DNA from: Clostridia bacterium | GTDB lineage: Bacteria > Bacillota > Clostridia > Oscillospirales > Acutalibacteraceae | Direction of reading: 5' to 3' | Assembly: GCA_017537365.1 (NCBI GenBank) | Contig: JAFYKZ010000017.1 | Coordinates: 356-64,355, forward strand | Length of the DNA: 64,000 bases | Part shown: positions 1-10,211 of the stretch, piece after piece | How the letters are laid out: each line of letters starts with the position of its first letter | Numbering within the stretch: the stretch's first letter is position 1 | Translations under genes and position numbers: made by a program | Notes under the pieces: generated by a model | Told to the model about the DNA's origin: nothing | The model's input: only the letters and a program-made list of their open reading frames with translations | Databases searched by the model: none

Positions 1-607
1 AATAGATGAAATATATAGTTCGCCATCTATAAGAGCTTTAGAGACAGCAACTCCTTTATCCGAAATGCTCAAAAAACCAATAACTACACTTGATTGGTGT
101 AATGAACATCTGGCATGGCAGGAATTTACCATAACTAATAAAGACGGTGGTATAAATTGGATGTTCTGGGACCATAAAGTAAGAGAAAAATTTACAGAAA
201 AATCTATATTAGACCTTAGAAATGATTGGTATAAAGACCCATTTTTTGATAAAAAAGTCGGCGAGGGTGTGAATAGAGTTAATACTGAAGTTGATAATTT
301 TATAAAGGGTCTCGGTTATAACCACGATAGAGAACGAGGGGTTTATAAGGTTGAAAATCATAACGAAAAGCGTATTGCTATTTTTGCTCATCAAGGCTTT
401 AGTATGATATTTTTTAGCAGTATTTTGGATATTCCGTATCCGATATTTTCTACCCGTTTTGATATTTCGCATTCGTGTGTTTCGGCAATTCATTTTCCGG
501 TATCGAGTAGGAGTGAAATAATCCCTAAAATACTTCAATATTCGAATGATTCGCATATATATAAAGAAGGCTTACCAACTAGATATAATAATGGGATGCA
601 TATTTAA
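1..607 (+). CDS. histidine phosphatase (phosphoglycerate-mutase-like) family protein, 5' end outside window
   Basis: The frame of the 65..607 ORF stays open back to nt 2 ([23 protein letters not shown]). It carries an SSPxxRAxxTA-like motif and a later AIFAHQG second-His motif typical of this superfamily. Confidence 0.7.
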   Translation, partial: IDEIYSSPSIRALETATPLSEMLKKPITTLDWCNEHLAWQEFTITNKDGGINWMFWDHKVREKFTEKSILDLRNDWYKDPFFDKKVGEGVNRVNTEVDNFIKGLGYNHDRERGVYKVENHNEKRIAIFAHQGFSMIFFSSILDIPYPIFSTRFDISHSCVSAIHFPVSSRSEIIPKILQYSNDSHIYKEGLPTRYNNGMHI

Positions 608-636
608 AAAATAACAATAATTGAGGTTTTAAGTTT

Positions 637-3336
637 ATGTCCAAAGTTAATAAAATAATGGTTGTTTCCAATACTCATTGGGACAGGGAGTTCAGATTTT
701 CTTTTGAAAAAACCCGTCATAATCTTTTAAGAATGATGGATACAACTCTTGGAATTCTAGAGAGCGACCCATCGTATCATTCTTTTACGATGGATGGTCA
801 TTCTATTATGATAGAAGATTATCTTGAAATGCGTCCTGAAAAGACCGAGCTTGTTAAAAGCTTGATATCCTCAGGCAGACTTATAATCGGACCTTATTAT
901 ACTCTTTCTGAGGAGTTTTCCATAGGTCATGAGGCATTAGTCCGTAACCTTATGTACGGCAGAAAGCTTATGGATAAATACGGAGCTCCCTATAATACTG
1001 TTGCATACACTCCGTCCTCTTGGGGACAGACAGGACAGTATCCGCAAATTTTATGCGATTTCGGTATAAATAAGATGATGTTTTATCGCGGCATTTCGCA
1101 TGATGAAGCTCCCGCAGAGTATATTTGGGAGGCTCCTGACGGAACTCAGATGTATGCATCACGCTTTGCGCTTTATTGCAGATACAACTGGTATTATCAG
1201 GTGCATAGAGCAGCTACCAGAAACCGCGTTTGGTCTAAGGATTATACTTGGGGAGAGTTTGATGATACACCTTTCAGCCTTATAAGCGGTAAGGTAGCAG
1301 GGGACGCAAGCTATGATTTGAAAGCTCCTGAGACCAGATTTGATGAGACCGTTATTAAAAAGGCTGTTTTGGATATGCTCAAAGAGGAAGATGGTCATTT
1401 TACAACTCCTATATTCCTCGCTATGAACGGACATGATATTTCGGTTGCTTGCCCAACAGATACTCGTCTTATAAGTAAAGCTAAAGAACTCTTTGATGGT
1501 GAAATTGAGGTTGAGCATACCGACTTAGAGCATTTCTGGAATGAGGCTATCCCTCAGTTTGATAAAGATAATATGACTGTTCTTAAAGGCGAGAGACGCT
1601 CTTATCTTAAAACAGGCAAATGGACATATCTTTTCCCAAGCACAGTAAGCTCAAGAACTTATTTAAAGCAACAGGATTTTGAAGCTTATAATAAGCTTGT
1701 TTATAAAGCAGAGCCTGCTGCGGCATTATCTTCTGTTCTTCTTAAAAACAACCGTCAGGATTATTTAGGCAGAGGTTGGAAATATTTGCTTTCTAACCAC
1801 ACACACGATGCTAACGGCGGTTGTGCTCCCGATAGCGTTTGTCTCGATATGGAATATCGTTACAGAAAGGCTAACGATTGCGCTGATATTGTATTTGATG
1901 ATACATTGGCAGATATTGCAAAAAATCTTTCACCAGAGCTTTGTAACAAAGATGAAGTTCAGCTTATTGCATATAATCCGCTACCCTTTGAGCGCGATGT
2001 TATAGTTAGAGTAATTGGCGATTTGCCTGAGAAGTTTAAGGATGGATTTAGCGCAGACGGTGTTGAGGTTCAAACCGTTAAACGCGAAAAATCAAGCATC
2101 TTTATGGATAGTATCTGGGAAGTTCCAACCATTATGAACAGCGTTCATATTGAGGCATATTTAAAAATTAAAGATGTGCCCGCTTGCGGTTATAAATCGG
2201 TTGTGCTTCAAGCTAAAAATACCGAAAATGGCAACAAAATCGCAAACGGAAATATAATGGAAAACGCTTATTTGAGTGTTGAAATTAATGAAAACGGTAC
2301 TATAAATGTTACCGATAAGCAAAGCGGAAAGGTTTACGAGAATCTTAACTACCTTTCAAGTCAGGGTGAAATCGGCAACGCATGGAAGCATCAAGAACCC
2401 GAAAACGATAAGCTTTTCACCTCGGAAAACGCGAAGGCTAATATCGAGCTTATTGAAAACGGTGATTTGAGTGCTACATTTAAGGTTACATATTCTTTCC
2501 TTGTGCCAAAAGATTGCATTGAAACTCAGTCTGAGGAAATGGTGAGCATTCCTGTAACAGTTTACTATACTTTACAAAAGGATAGTACAAGCGTAAATAT
2601 TAAAACCGAGCTTGTAAATACAGCTTATGACCATTGGCTCAGAGCAAACTTTAATACAGGTATCAAGACAGATTATTCTTATTCGGACAGCCATTTTGAT
2701 ATTGTTCGCCGCGATGTTAAAATCCCCGATAGCACAGGCTGGGTAGAAAAGGCTTACGGTATGCAACCGCTTCGCACATTCGCCTCAGTAGAAAACGAAA
2801 CCGACGGTTTTGCAATCATTCCTATGGGTCTTTACGAATATGAAGTATTTGAAGATACAAGAATGGCTTTAACTCTTATACGCGGTTGCCGTATTAAACA
2901 GGCTGTATCCGAAGAAAAGATAACTGTTCTTGATGATAAGGGAATCCTTTGCTTAGGTGAAAGAAGCTTTGAATATAACATTAACTTCTATCATTCTGAA
3001 AAAGCAGAACTTACTAATGTTGCGGCAGATATTTATGCTCCGTTAGAGGTTGCATTTGCGGGCAGAGGTAAAGGCGGGCTTAAAGCAGAGAACAGTTTGT
3101 TTGCAATAGATAATAAAAATATACATATTTCTGCAATCAAGCCTAGTGAAAACGGAGAGGGAATAGTTATTCGTATGTTTAATCCAACGGAGGATAAACA
3201 AACTATAAACCTTGAATTTGGTTACGAGGTTAAAAACCTTTATATAGCAGATATGAACGAGACTATTAAGGAAAAAACCGAAAAAGAAATAGAAATTGGT
3301 GCAAAGAAAATAATTACTATTTTCGCGGAGGCATAA
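637..3336 (+). CDS. glycoside hydrolase family 38 (alpha-mannosidase / mannosylglycerate-hydrolase-like), cytoplasmic
   Basis: 899 aa. The N-terminal VSNTHWDREFRF metal-binding motif and the size fit GH38. No signal peptide. Substrate not assignable. Confidence 0.8.
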   Translation: MSKVNKIMVVSNTHWDREFRFSFEKTRHNLLRMMDTTLGILESDPSYHSFTMDGHSIMIEDYLEMRPEKTELVKSLISSGRLIIGPYYTLSEEFSIGHEALVRNLMYGRKLMDKYGAPYNTVAYTPSSWGQTGQYPQILCDFGINKMMFYRGISHDEAPAEYIWEAPDGTQMYASRFALYCRYNWYYQVHRAATRNRVWSKDYTWGEFDDTPFSLISGKVAGDASYDLKAPETRFDETVIKKAVLDMLKEEDGHFTTPIFLAMNGHDISVACPTDTRLISKAKELFDGEIEVEHTDLEHFWNEAIPQFDKDNMTVLKGERRSYLKTGKWTYLFPSTVSSRTYLKQQDFEAYNKLVYKAEPAAALSSVLLKNNRQDYLGRGWKYLLSNHTHDANGGCAPDSVCLDMEYRYRKANDCADIVFDDTLADIAKNLSPELCNKDEVQLIAYNPLPFERDVIVRVIGDLPEKFKDGFSADGVEVQTVKREKSSIFMDSIWEVPTIMNSVHIEAYLKIKDVPACGYKSVVLQAKNTENGNKIANGNIMENAYLSVEINENGTINVTDKQSGKVYENLNYLSSQGEIGNAWKHQEPENDKLFTSENAKANIELIENGDLSATFKVTYSFLVPKDCIETQSEEMVSIPVTVYYTLQKDSTSVNIKTELVNTAYDHWLRANFNTGIKTDYSYSDSHFDIVRRDVKIPDSTGWVEKAYGMQPLRTFASVENETDGFAIIPMGLYEYEVFEDTRMALTLIRGCRIKQAVSEEKITVLDDKGILCLGERSFEYNINFYHSEKAELTNVAADIYAPLEVAFAGRGKGGLKAENSLFAIDNKNIHISAIKPSENGEGIVIRMFNPTEDKQTINLEFGYEVKNLYIADMNETIKEKTEKEIEIGAKKIITIFAEA

Positions 3337-3337
3337 A

Positions 3338-4327
3338 ATGTTAGGAAAAGAAATTGAACTTATAAATTTTGGAAAGCTTACTGCAAACAGCCCTCTTATA
3401 GAGCTTGAAAAGACAAGCAACGGTGCTTTCACCACAGGTGCAGAGGGTGTTAAAACCATTTTAACAACACCTGATAAAAAGGTGGAGCTTATAGGATTTG
3501 ATACAAAAACCTTGGCTTATGTGCCCTCCGCTATGCAGTATGATGCTTATTATCCGATTCATCCTGTCAGCCTTGATAAGCCTGTTAAAGCAGTGCTTAT
3601 GGATTTAGACGGTACAAGCGTTAAGAGTGAAGAATTTTGGATTTGGATTATCGAAAGAAGTATAGCATCTCTTTTAGATAATCCTAAATTCCAGTTAGAA
3701 GAAGCGGATTTACCCTATGTTTCGGGACATAGTGTTACCGAGCATTTGGCTTACTGTATCGAAAAATATTGCCCTGAGAAATCTCTCGAAAAAGCAAGAG
3801 AATTCTACTTTATGCATACCAATAATGAAATGAAGGCTATTTTAGAGGGCAGAGGCAGAGAAGGAGCATTCACTCCAACTGACGGTCTTAAAGATTTCCT
3901 CTATACCTTAAAGGATAAAGGCATAAAAATCGGCTTAGTTACAAGCGGTTTATATGAAAAGGCAATGCCTGAAATAATTTCGGCATTCAATACTCTTGGT
4001 ATGGGCGACCCGAAAGATTTTTATGATGCTATCATTTCGGCAGGTTTCCCGCTTAGAAAGGGCAGTGTTGGAACCTTGGGCGAACTCTCACCAAAGCCAC
4101 ATCCTTGGCTTTATGCTGAAACCTGTAATGTAGGTTTGGGTATTCCGTTTGAGGATAGAAATTCGGTTGTAGGAATTGAGGACTCAGGTGCGGGTGTATG
4201 CTCGGTGCGTCTTGCAGGGTTTACAACCGTAGGTTTAGGCGGAGGAAACATTAAGAGCAGCGGTACAGAAGATTTCTGCCAGTACTACGAAGAAACATTG
4301 GAAGATATTTTGAAGAAAATTTTATAA
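3338..4327 (+). CDS. HAD-IA family hydrolase/phosphatase with ~85 aa N-terminal extension
   Basis: Has the DLDGT nucleophile motif (VLMDLDGTSV), VTSG, and IEDSGAGV motif IV. Start lies 2 nt after the GH38 stop, suggesting translational coupling. Confidence 0.75.
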   Translation: MLGKEIELINFGKLTANSPLIELEKTSNGAFTTGAEGVKTILTTPDKKVELIGFDTKTLAYVPSAMQYDAYYPIHPVSLDKPVKAVLMDLDGTSVKSEEFWIWIIERSIASLLDNPKFQLEEADLPYVSGHSVTEHLAYCIEKYCPEKSLEKAREFYFMHTNNEMKAILEGRGREGAFTPTDGLKDFLYTLKDKGIKIGLVTSGLYEKAMPEIISAFNTLGMGDPKDFYDAIISAGFPLRKGSVGTLGELSPKPHPWLYAETCNVGLGIPFEDRNSVVGIEDSGAGVCSVRLAGFTTVGLGGGNIKSSGTEDFCQYYEETLEDILKKIL

Positions 4328-4342
4328 TAAAAGGTGAAGATT

Positions 4343-7144
4343 ATGAAAAATAAAGTGCATATAGTTCCTCATACCCATTGGGACAGAGAATGGCGATATC
4401 CTATCTGGAAGAGCAGAAGCTTGCTCGTTGATTTTATGGATAACCTTTTAAGAGTTTTAAAGGAGCAGCCTACATACAGTCAGTTCCTTTTGGATGGACA
4501 AAGCGTTATCATAGAAGACTATTTACAGGTTCGTCCTGAAAGAAGAGCAGAGGTTGAAAAATATATTGCTGAGGGCAGAATCACCTGCGGACCTTGGTAT
4601 AATCTTCCTGACCTTTATCCGCTTGACGGCGAATGTTTAGTTAGAAACCTTTTAAAAGGTTACAGAGTTTCAAGTGAGCTTGGCAGAACAATGAATATTG
4701 CTTATACCTCGTTCGGTTGGGGTCAGACCGCTCAGTTCCCTCAGATTTATGCAGGCTTCGGTATAGATTTTTGTATTACCGCAAAGCGTCTTTCGGACGA
4801 CCGTTGCCCTGAGGCTGAATTTATGTGGGAATCACCTGACGGCACTAAGATTTTAACCTCAAAGCTAGGACATGAGGGCAGAGCGCAGTTTTTCTTAACC
4901 ACCGTTATTCCTGCAAAATATAATGTTGAAAACGATAAGGACTTCCATATCGATTGGTGTAACAGCGGTATGGTTTATCATAAGGCAAATGCAGGCGAGG
5001 ATAATGTTGACCATTTCCGTTTTGGCGAGGAGGTTGAATTTTATCCTGAAACAGTAAAAGAAAATATTGAAAAGTGTATTAAGGGTACAGATAATACTGT
5101 TGTTCCTGAGGTTAGATTCTTCCCCGCAGGTTGCGATTATTCGGGTTGCATAGAAGAATTACATAAGATAATTGATAGAGCAAACAAGGATTTTGAGAAT
5201 TATGAATTTGCTCATTCAACCTTGCAGGATTATGTTAAGGAATTCAGCGAAAAGGTAAATACCGATAAGCTCCGTATTATAGAGGGAGAGCTCAGAGACG
5301 GTCCTTCGGCGGCTTGCTCTGGTAATGCACTTTCAACCCGTCTTTATATTAAACAAAAGAATAAAAAAGCACAGAATATGCTTTTCTATAAGGCAGAGCC
5401 ATTATCATCAACCGTTTCAATGCTTGGCGGAGAATATGAAACAGAATTCCTTAAAACAGCTTGGGAATATATGCTTAAATCCCACGCGCACGATTCGATT
5501 AACGGTGTAACACAGGATAAGACCGCCAGAGATAATATGTACCGTTTAGACCAGGTTATTGAAATTGCTGATGCAGTAACTGATATGTCAATGTCGAAAA
5601 TTATCGAAAAGGCAGATTTAAGCGGTTATACCGAAGATGATGTACTTCTTATAGCATATAATCCGTTGCCTTTCGAGGTTTCGAATGTTTTAAAGGTTGC
5701 AGTTGATTTTCCGGCAGATAGAGATGCCTGGGACTTTAATGTAACCGACGAAAAGGGCGAAAAAATGGCTGTTCAATGGATTTCAAAGGATAGCAATATA
5801 AAGATACTTCACGACCTTAATTCTCGTCCTTGGCCGTTGCATGTTGATACTCATATTGTTTATATGGATAGCGGTCTTATTCCCGCAGGCGGCTTTAAGA
5901 TTTATAAGGTTGAAACCAATAGAACTTATGAACGCAGTTTCATTTGCGGAACTCCCTATCAGAGAACTACCTTTGGTGATGAAATAGCTCTTTCTAACGA
6001 TTGTCTCGAAAACGAGTATATCAAGGTTACTATAAACTCTAACGGTACTTTCAATTTGCTAGACAAAGAAAATGACAAATTGTATAAAAATCTACATTGC
6101 TTTGAGGATACCGGAGAGGTTGGAGACGGTTGGATTAACCTGCCTCCTAACAATAACAGAACTTATTTATCTACTGCTTCTCAGGCTTCGGTTTGGTGCG
6201 AAAATAACGGACCTCTTTCTGCTACAATCGGAATTAAGCATAAAATGGAATTGCCAAAATGGGGCGAACGTCCTGATAGTTTCTTTGGTTCAAGAACAAA
6301 AAGAAGTGATGTTACCGACATTTTAGAAATTACTACATACTTAACACTCCAAAAGGGTAGCAGAAAAGTTGATGTTAAGGTAGAAATTGATAATAACATC
6401 ACCGACCATAGACTCAGAGTTCTTTATCCAACTGAGCTTTGCGCCGATTATTCTTATGCCGCAGGTCATTATGGAGTAGATAAACGCCCAGTTATGTCTA
6501 AGAAGAGCGGTGTTGAGTATTGGAACGATATGCAAACCTTACCGCAGCAGACCTTTGTTGATGTAACAAACGGTGAAGTCGGTCTTGGTTTTGTTAACAA
6601 TTCTCTTACTGAATATGAGCTATCTGATGACGGTAAGGCTACACTGGCTCTAACACTTTTAAGATGTGTTCAAAACCGTATTTGTACCGAAAGAAGAGCA
6701 ATAAATAATTTTGTTGAGCAAAACGGTTTACAATGTCTTGGTAAACAAACCGCAACCTATGCAATTTATCCGCATAAGGGTAATTGGGATGAAGGCGATG
6801 TTTACAAAGAGGCTCAGAAGTTTAATGCAGATATTACCGTTATGCAGACTGCCGCTCATAATAAGGGTGAAATCCCTGCTGGTAGTAGTTTCTATAATAT
6901 GAGTAATAATAAGCTTGTTATGAGCACATTTAAGAAATGTGAAGACAGAAGCGGTCTTATTTTCCGTTTCTTTAATCCAACTGCATGTGAACAGGCTACC
7001 GAAATTTCTTTCTATAAAAATATTAAGAATGCTTATCTTTGCAATCTTAATGAGGAGAGAATTTCCGAGTTTGAATTTAGCGGTAATAAGCTTGAAATAA
7101 ATGCTTTAAAGGGTAAGATAGTTACTATTGAAATTGAGTTTTAA
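4343..7144 (+). CDS. glycoside hydrolase family 38 paralog, cytoplasmic
   Basis: Has IVPHTHWDREWRYP and a GH38-sized body, with ENxYxxVxINxNGT and AYNPLPFE blocks shared with the first GH38. The track starts at GTG 4334; ATG 4343 is better spaced from the AAAGGTGA SD. Confidence 0.8.
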   Translation: MKNKVHIVPHTHWDREWRYPIWKSRSLLVDFMDNLLRVLKEQPTYSQFLLDGQSVIIEDYLQVRPERRAEVEKYIAEGRITCGPWYNLPDLYPLDGECLVRNLLKGYRVSSELGRTMNIAYTSFGWGQTAQFPQIYAGFGIDFCITAKRLSDDRCPEAEFMWESPDGTKILTSKLGHEGRAQFFLTTVIPAKYNVENDKDFHIDWCNSGMVYHKANAGEDNVDHFRFGEEVEFYPETVKENIEKCIKGTDNTVVPEVRFFPAGCDYSGCIEELHKIIDRANKDFENYEFAHSTLQDYVKEFSEKVNTDKLRIIEGELRDGPSAACSGNALSTRLYIKQKNKKAQNMLFYKAEPLSSTVSMLGGEYETEFLKTAWEYMLKSHAHDSINGVTQDKTARDNMYRLDQVIEIADAVTDMSMSKIIEKADLSGYTEDDVLLIAYNPLPFEVSNVLKVAVDFPADRDAWDFNVTDEKGEKMAVQWISKDSNIKILHDLNSRPWPLHVDTHIVYMDSGLIPAGGFKIYKVETNRTYERSFICGTPYQRTTFGDEIALSNDCLENEYIKVTINSNGTFNLLDKENDKLYKNLHCFEDTGEVGDGWINLPPNNNRTYLSTASQASVWCENNGPLSATIGIKHKMELPKWGERPDSFFGSRTKRSDVTDILEITTYLTLQKGSRKVDVKVEIDNNITDHRLRVLYPTELCADYSYAAGHYGVDKRPVMSKKSGVEYWNDMQTLPQQTFVDVTNGEVGLGFVNNSLTEYELSDDGKATLALTLLRCVQNRICTERRAINNFVEQNGLQCLGKQTATYAIYPHKGNWDEGDVYKEAQKFNADITVMQTAAHNKGEIPAGSSFYNMSNNKLVMSTFKKCEDRSGLIFRFFNPTACEQATEISFYKNIKNAYLCNLNEERISEFEFSGNKLEINALKGKIVTIEIEF

Positions 7145-7178
7145 AAAGTATATTAAATAAGTTTTTATGCCTGATTCA

Positions 7179-7224
7179 AAAAGGGTAAAGCAAATTTAAA
7201 AAATATAATTCGCTTTACCCTTTT
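7179..7224 (+). terminator. putative rho-independent terminator after second GH38
   Basis: AAAAGGGTAAAGC ... GCTTTACCCTTTT stem with a rather large ~20 nt loop, then a T-rich tail. Confidence 0.45.
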
Positions 7225-7293
7225 AATATTTCAGAAAGTGTACCATAAAAATTTAAAAGTTGATAATATGTTAATAAAAAATCATAATAATCA

Positions 7294-7322
7294 TTGACTT
7301 TTAATAAGTCAGGTGATAAATT
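7294..7322 (+). promoter_or_regulatory. putative sigma-A promoter of the uxaC operon
   Basis: TTGACT, 17 nt spacer, TGaTAAATT (extended -10), ~40 nt upstream of the uxaC ATG. Confidence 0.5.
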
Positions 7323-7362
7323 TAAATGGTGAAGATTTTAATATATAAAATGGGGAAAAGAA

Positions 7363-8757
7363 ATGTTTATAACCAAAGATTTTTTACTTAAAAATGAAAC
7401 AGCAAGAAAGTTGTATCATAACTTCGCATCAGAAATGCCTATAATTGACTATCACTGCCATATAAATCCAAAAGAGATATATGAGGATAGAAAGTTTGAT
7501 AGCATTACTCAAATCTGGCTCGGGGGCGACCATTATAAATGGCGTCTTATCCGTTCAAACGGTGTTTGCGAGGAAGAAATTACAGGCAATGCTGATGATT
7601 TAACAAAGTTTAAACATTTCGCTAAAATGCTGTCTTTGGCTATCGGTAACCCGATGTATCATTGGACTCATTTAGAGCTTAAAAAATATTTCGGTTTCGA
7701 CGGTGTTTTAAATGAAGATACCGCTGATGAAGTATATGCTCTTTGTAACGCAAAACTTCAGAATAATGATATGACAGTTCGTTCACTTATCAAGAAATCC
7801 AATGTTAAAATGATAGGTACTACCGATGACCCCGTAGATAGTTTAGAGTGGCATATCAAACTAAAAGAAGATAAAGATTTTGATGTTTTGGTAGCCCCCT
7901 CATTCCGTCCCGATAAAGCGGTTAATATTGAAAAGGCAGGTTTTTGCGAATACATAGCAAAATTATCCGAGGTTTCGGGCATTGAAATTAAGAGTGCAGA
8001 AGATGTTAAAAAAGCACTTTCAAACCGCCTTGATTTCTTTTGTGAGCTCGGTTGCAGAGCCACCGACCACGGTTTAGATTATGTTGTATATTCTCCCGCT
8101 TCCGATGAAGTGGTTGAAAATATATTTGCTACCGTTATAAACGGCGGTACGGTATCTCAAGAGGATGCAGATAAGTATAAAACTGCTATAATGCTCCATT
8201 TGGGCAGGGAGTATGCAAAACGCGGTATTGTTATGCAACTTCATTACGGTGCTCAAAGAAACACTAATACAAAAATGTTTAACCGCCTGGGTCCTGATAC
8301 AGGTTTTGACTGTATCTCGGTCAGGGATTGCGGTGAAAAAATAACAGGCTTTTTAAATGCTCTTGAAATGGAAAACAAACTTCCTAAAACTGTTCTTTAT
8401 TCTTTAAATCCCCAAGATAATGAAATGCTGGGAACAATTCTCGGTTGTTTCCAAGGAACTGAAACTGAGGGTAAGATTCAACACGGCTCTGCTTGGTGGT
8501 TTAATGATACTAAAACCGGTATGGAAGCGCAGATAAAGTCTCTTGCAAATCTATCTTTGCTTGGCAACTTTATAGGTATGCTCACCGATTCGAGAAGCTT
8601 TTTATCCTATACAAGACACGAGTATTTTAGAAGAATACTTTGTAATTTAATAGGCGAATGGGTAGAAAACGGTGAATATCCGAACGACGAGAAAACTCTC
8701 GGTAAAATAGTACAGGATATATGTTATAACAACGCAGAAAGATATTTTAATATATAG
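7363..8757 (+). CDS. uxaC: glucuronate isomerase
   Basis: 464 aa. N-terminus MFITKDFLLKNETARKLYH...IDYHCHI is characteristic of UxaC. Confidence 0.92.
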   Translation: MFITKDFLLKNETARKLYHNFASEMPIIDYHCHINPKEIYEDRKFDSITQIWLGGDHYKWRLIRSNGVCEEEITGNADDLTKFKHFAKMLSLAIGNPMYHWTHLELKKYFGFDGVLNEDTADEVYALCNAKLQNNDMTVRSLIKKSNVKMIGTTDDPVDSLEWHIKLKEDKDFDVLVAPSFRPDKAVNIEKAGFCEYIAKLSEVSGIEIKSAEDVKKALSNRLDFFCELGCRATDHGLDYVVYSPASDEVVENIFATVINGGTVSQEDADKYKTAIMLHLGREYAKRGIVMQLHYGAQRNTNTKMFNRLGPDTGFDCISVRDCGEKITGFLNALEMENKLPKTVLYSLNPQDNEMLGTILGCFQGTETEGKIQHGSAWWFNDTKTGMEAQIKSLANLSLLGNFIGMLTDSRSFLSYTRHEYFRRILCNLIGEWVENGEYPNDEKTLGKIVQDICYNNAERYFNI

Positions 8758-8765
8758 GTGCTAAT

Positions 8766-10211
8766 ATGAATATTAAGGATAAAGCAATAAAAAACGAATA
8801 TCCCATAAAGGTTATGCAATTTGGTGAGGGTAATTTCCTTCGCGCATTTGTTGACTATATGATAGATATATTGAATGAAAAAGGTAATTTTAACGGCAGT
8901 ATTGCTATTGTAAAGCCTATTTCGTTCGGTAATCTTGATATGTTCAAAGAGCAGGACAATCTCTATACAGTATTGCTTCGTGGCAAAGAAAACGGCGAGG
9001 TTGTAAACGATAGCAGAATTATAACTTCTGTTTCAAAAGTGCTTGACTGTGCTGACGATTATAATGAATATATGTCTTTGGCGCATCTTGATACACTTCG
9101 TTTTATTGTTTCAAATACCACCGAGGCAGGTATTGTTCTAGATAAAAATGATACCTTTGAGAGACTACCTAATACATACCCCGGCAAACTCACAAAATTC
9201 CTCTATGAAAGATATACTGCATTTAATGGTGCAGAGGATAAGGGTTTAATCATTCTTCCCGTTGAACTTATCGAAGAAAACGGAAAGAAATTAAAAGAGT
9301 GTGTATTAGCGCTTTGTGATGCTTGGAATTTATCAGAAGAATTTAAAACCTGGCTTGAAAACGCTAATGTATTTTGTTCTACATTGGTAGATAGAATAGT
9401 TACAGGCTACCCCAGAGGTTATGCAGATAAGGTTTGCGAGGAATTAGGTTACGAGGATAAACTCGTAGATATAGGCGAGCCTTTTGCTCTTTGGGTAATT
9501 GAAAGCGATAAAGATATTAGCAATGAATTGCCATTAGATAAAATCGGTCTTTCTGTAATATTTACAGATAATCATAAACCATATAAGGAAAGAAAGGTGC
9601 GTGTGCTAAACGGTGCGCATACTTCTTCGGTACTTGCCGGCTACCTTTATGGCTTGGATATTGTTAGAGACTGTATGAACGATGAAGTTATGGGTGAATT
9701 TATTCGCAGAGTAGTAAATGAGGAGATAGTTCCTCAGGTTAATTTGCCGCTTGAAGAGGTTAAGGAATTTGCAAACTCTGTATTCGAGAGATTTGAAAAT
9801 CCGTTTATCGACCACGCATTACTTTCAATTTCTTTAAACTCTGTTTCAAAATGGAGAGCAAGAGTTTTACCCTCATTTAAGGATTATTGCAAAAACAAGA
9901 ATGAATTACCAAAGTTAATTACATTCTCATTTGCAGCTCTTTTAGCATTTTATTCTGCAAATGATTTAAGAGAAGACGGATTATATGCTAAGCGTTTAAA
10001 TGATGAATATGTAATTCACGATGACAAAGCAGTTTTAGAGTTCTTCGCAGAAAATACAGGCAAATCAGATTTTGTAGAATTAGCTTGCAAAAATGCAGAC
10101 TTCTGGGGCGAGGATATGAGCCTTTATAACGGCTTTGAAAGAGAAGTTTCATATTGGTATGAAAAAATAACAACCGATGCAAAAGAAGCAGTAGTAGAGG
10201 TATTGGCATAA
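8766..10211 (+). CDS. uxaB: tagaturonate reductase (altronate oxidoreductase), mannitol dehydrogenase family
   Basis: 481 aa with VMQFGEGNFLRAF and NGAHT motifs. Sits between uxaC and uxaA. Confidence 0.85.
   Translation: MNIKDKAIKNEYPIKVMQFGEGNFLRAFVDYMIDILNEKGNFNGSIAIVKPISFGNLDMFKEQDNLYTVLLRGKENGEVVNDSRIITSVSKVLDCADDYNEYMSLAHLDTLRFIVSNTTEAGIVLDKNDTFERLPNTYPGKLTKFLYERYTAFNGAEDKGLIILPVELIEENGKKLKECVLALCDAWNLSEEFKTWLENANVFCSTLVDRIVTGYPRGYADKVCEELGYEDKLVDIGEPFALWVIESDKDISNELPLDKIGLSVIFTDNHKPYKERKVRVLNGAHTSSVLAGYLYGLDIVRDCMNDEVMGEFIRRVVNEEIVPQVNLPLEEVKEFANSVFERFENPFIDHALLSISLNSVSKWRARVLPSFKDYCKNKNELPKLITFSFAALLAFYSANDLREDGLYAKRLNDEYVIHDDKAVLEFFAENTGKSDFVELACKNADFWGEDMSLYNGFEREVSYWYEKITTDAKEAVVEVLA

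Noticed and set aside
3043-3459. Other antisense or embedded ORFs of 100-156 aa in the track. This one is an example; others include 9988..10422, 34393..34863, 43567..44019, 44074..44575, 45186..45515 and 51628..51945.
   Set aside because: All lie inside, or opposite to, genes with unambiguous family identity (GH38, uxaB, potA, ribosomal proteins). They lack ribosome-binding sites and have atypical composition.
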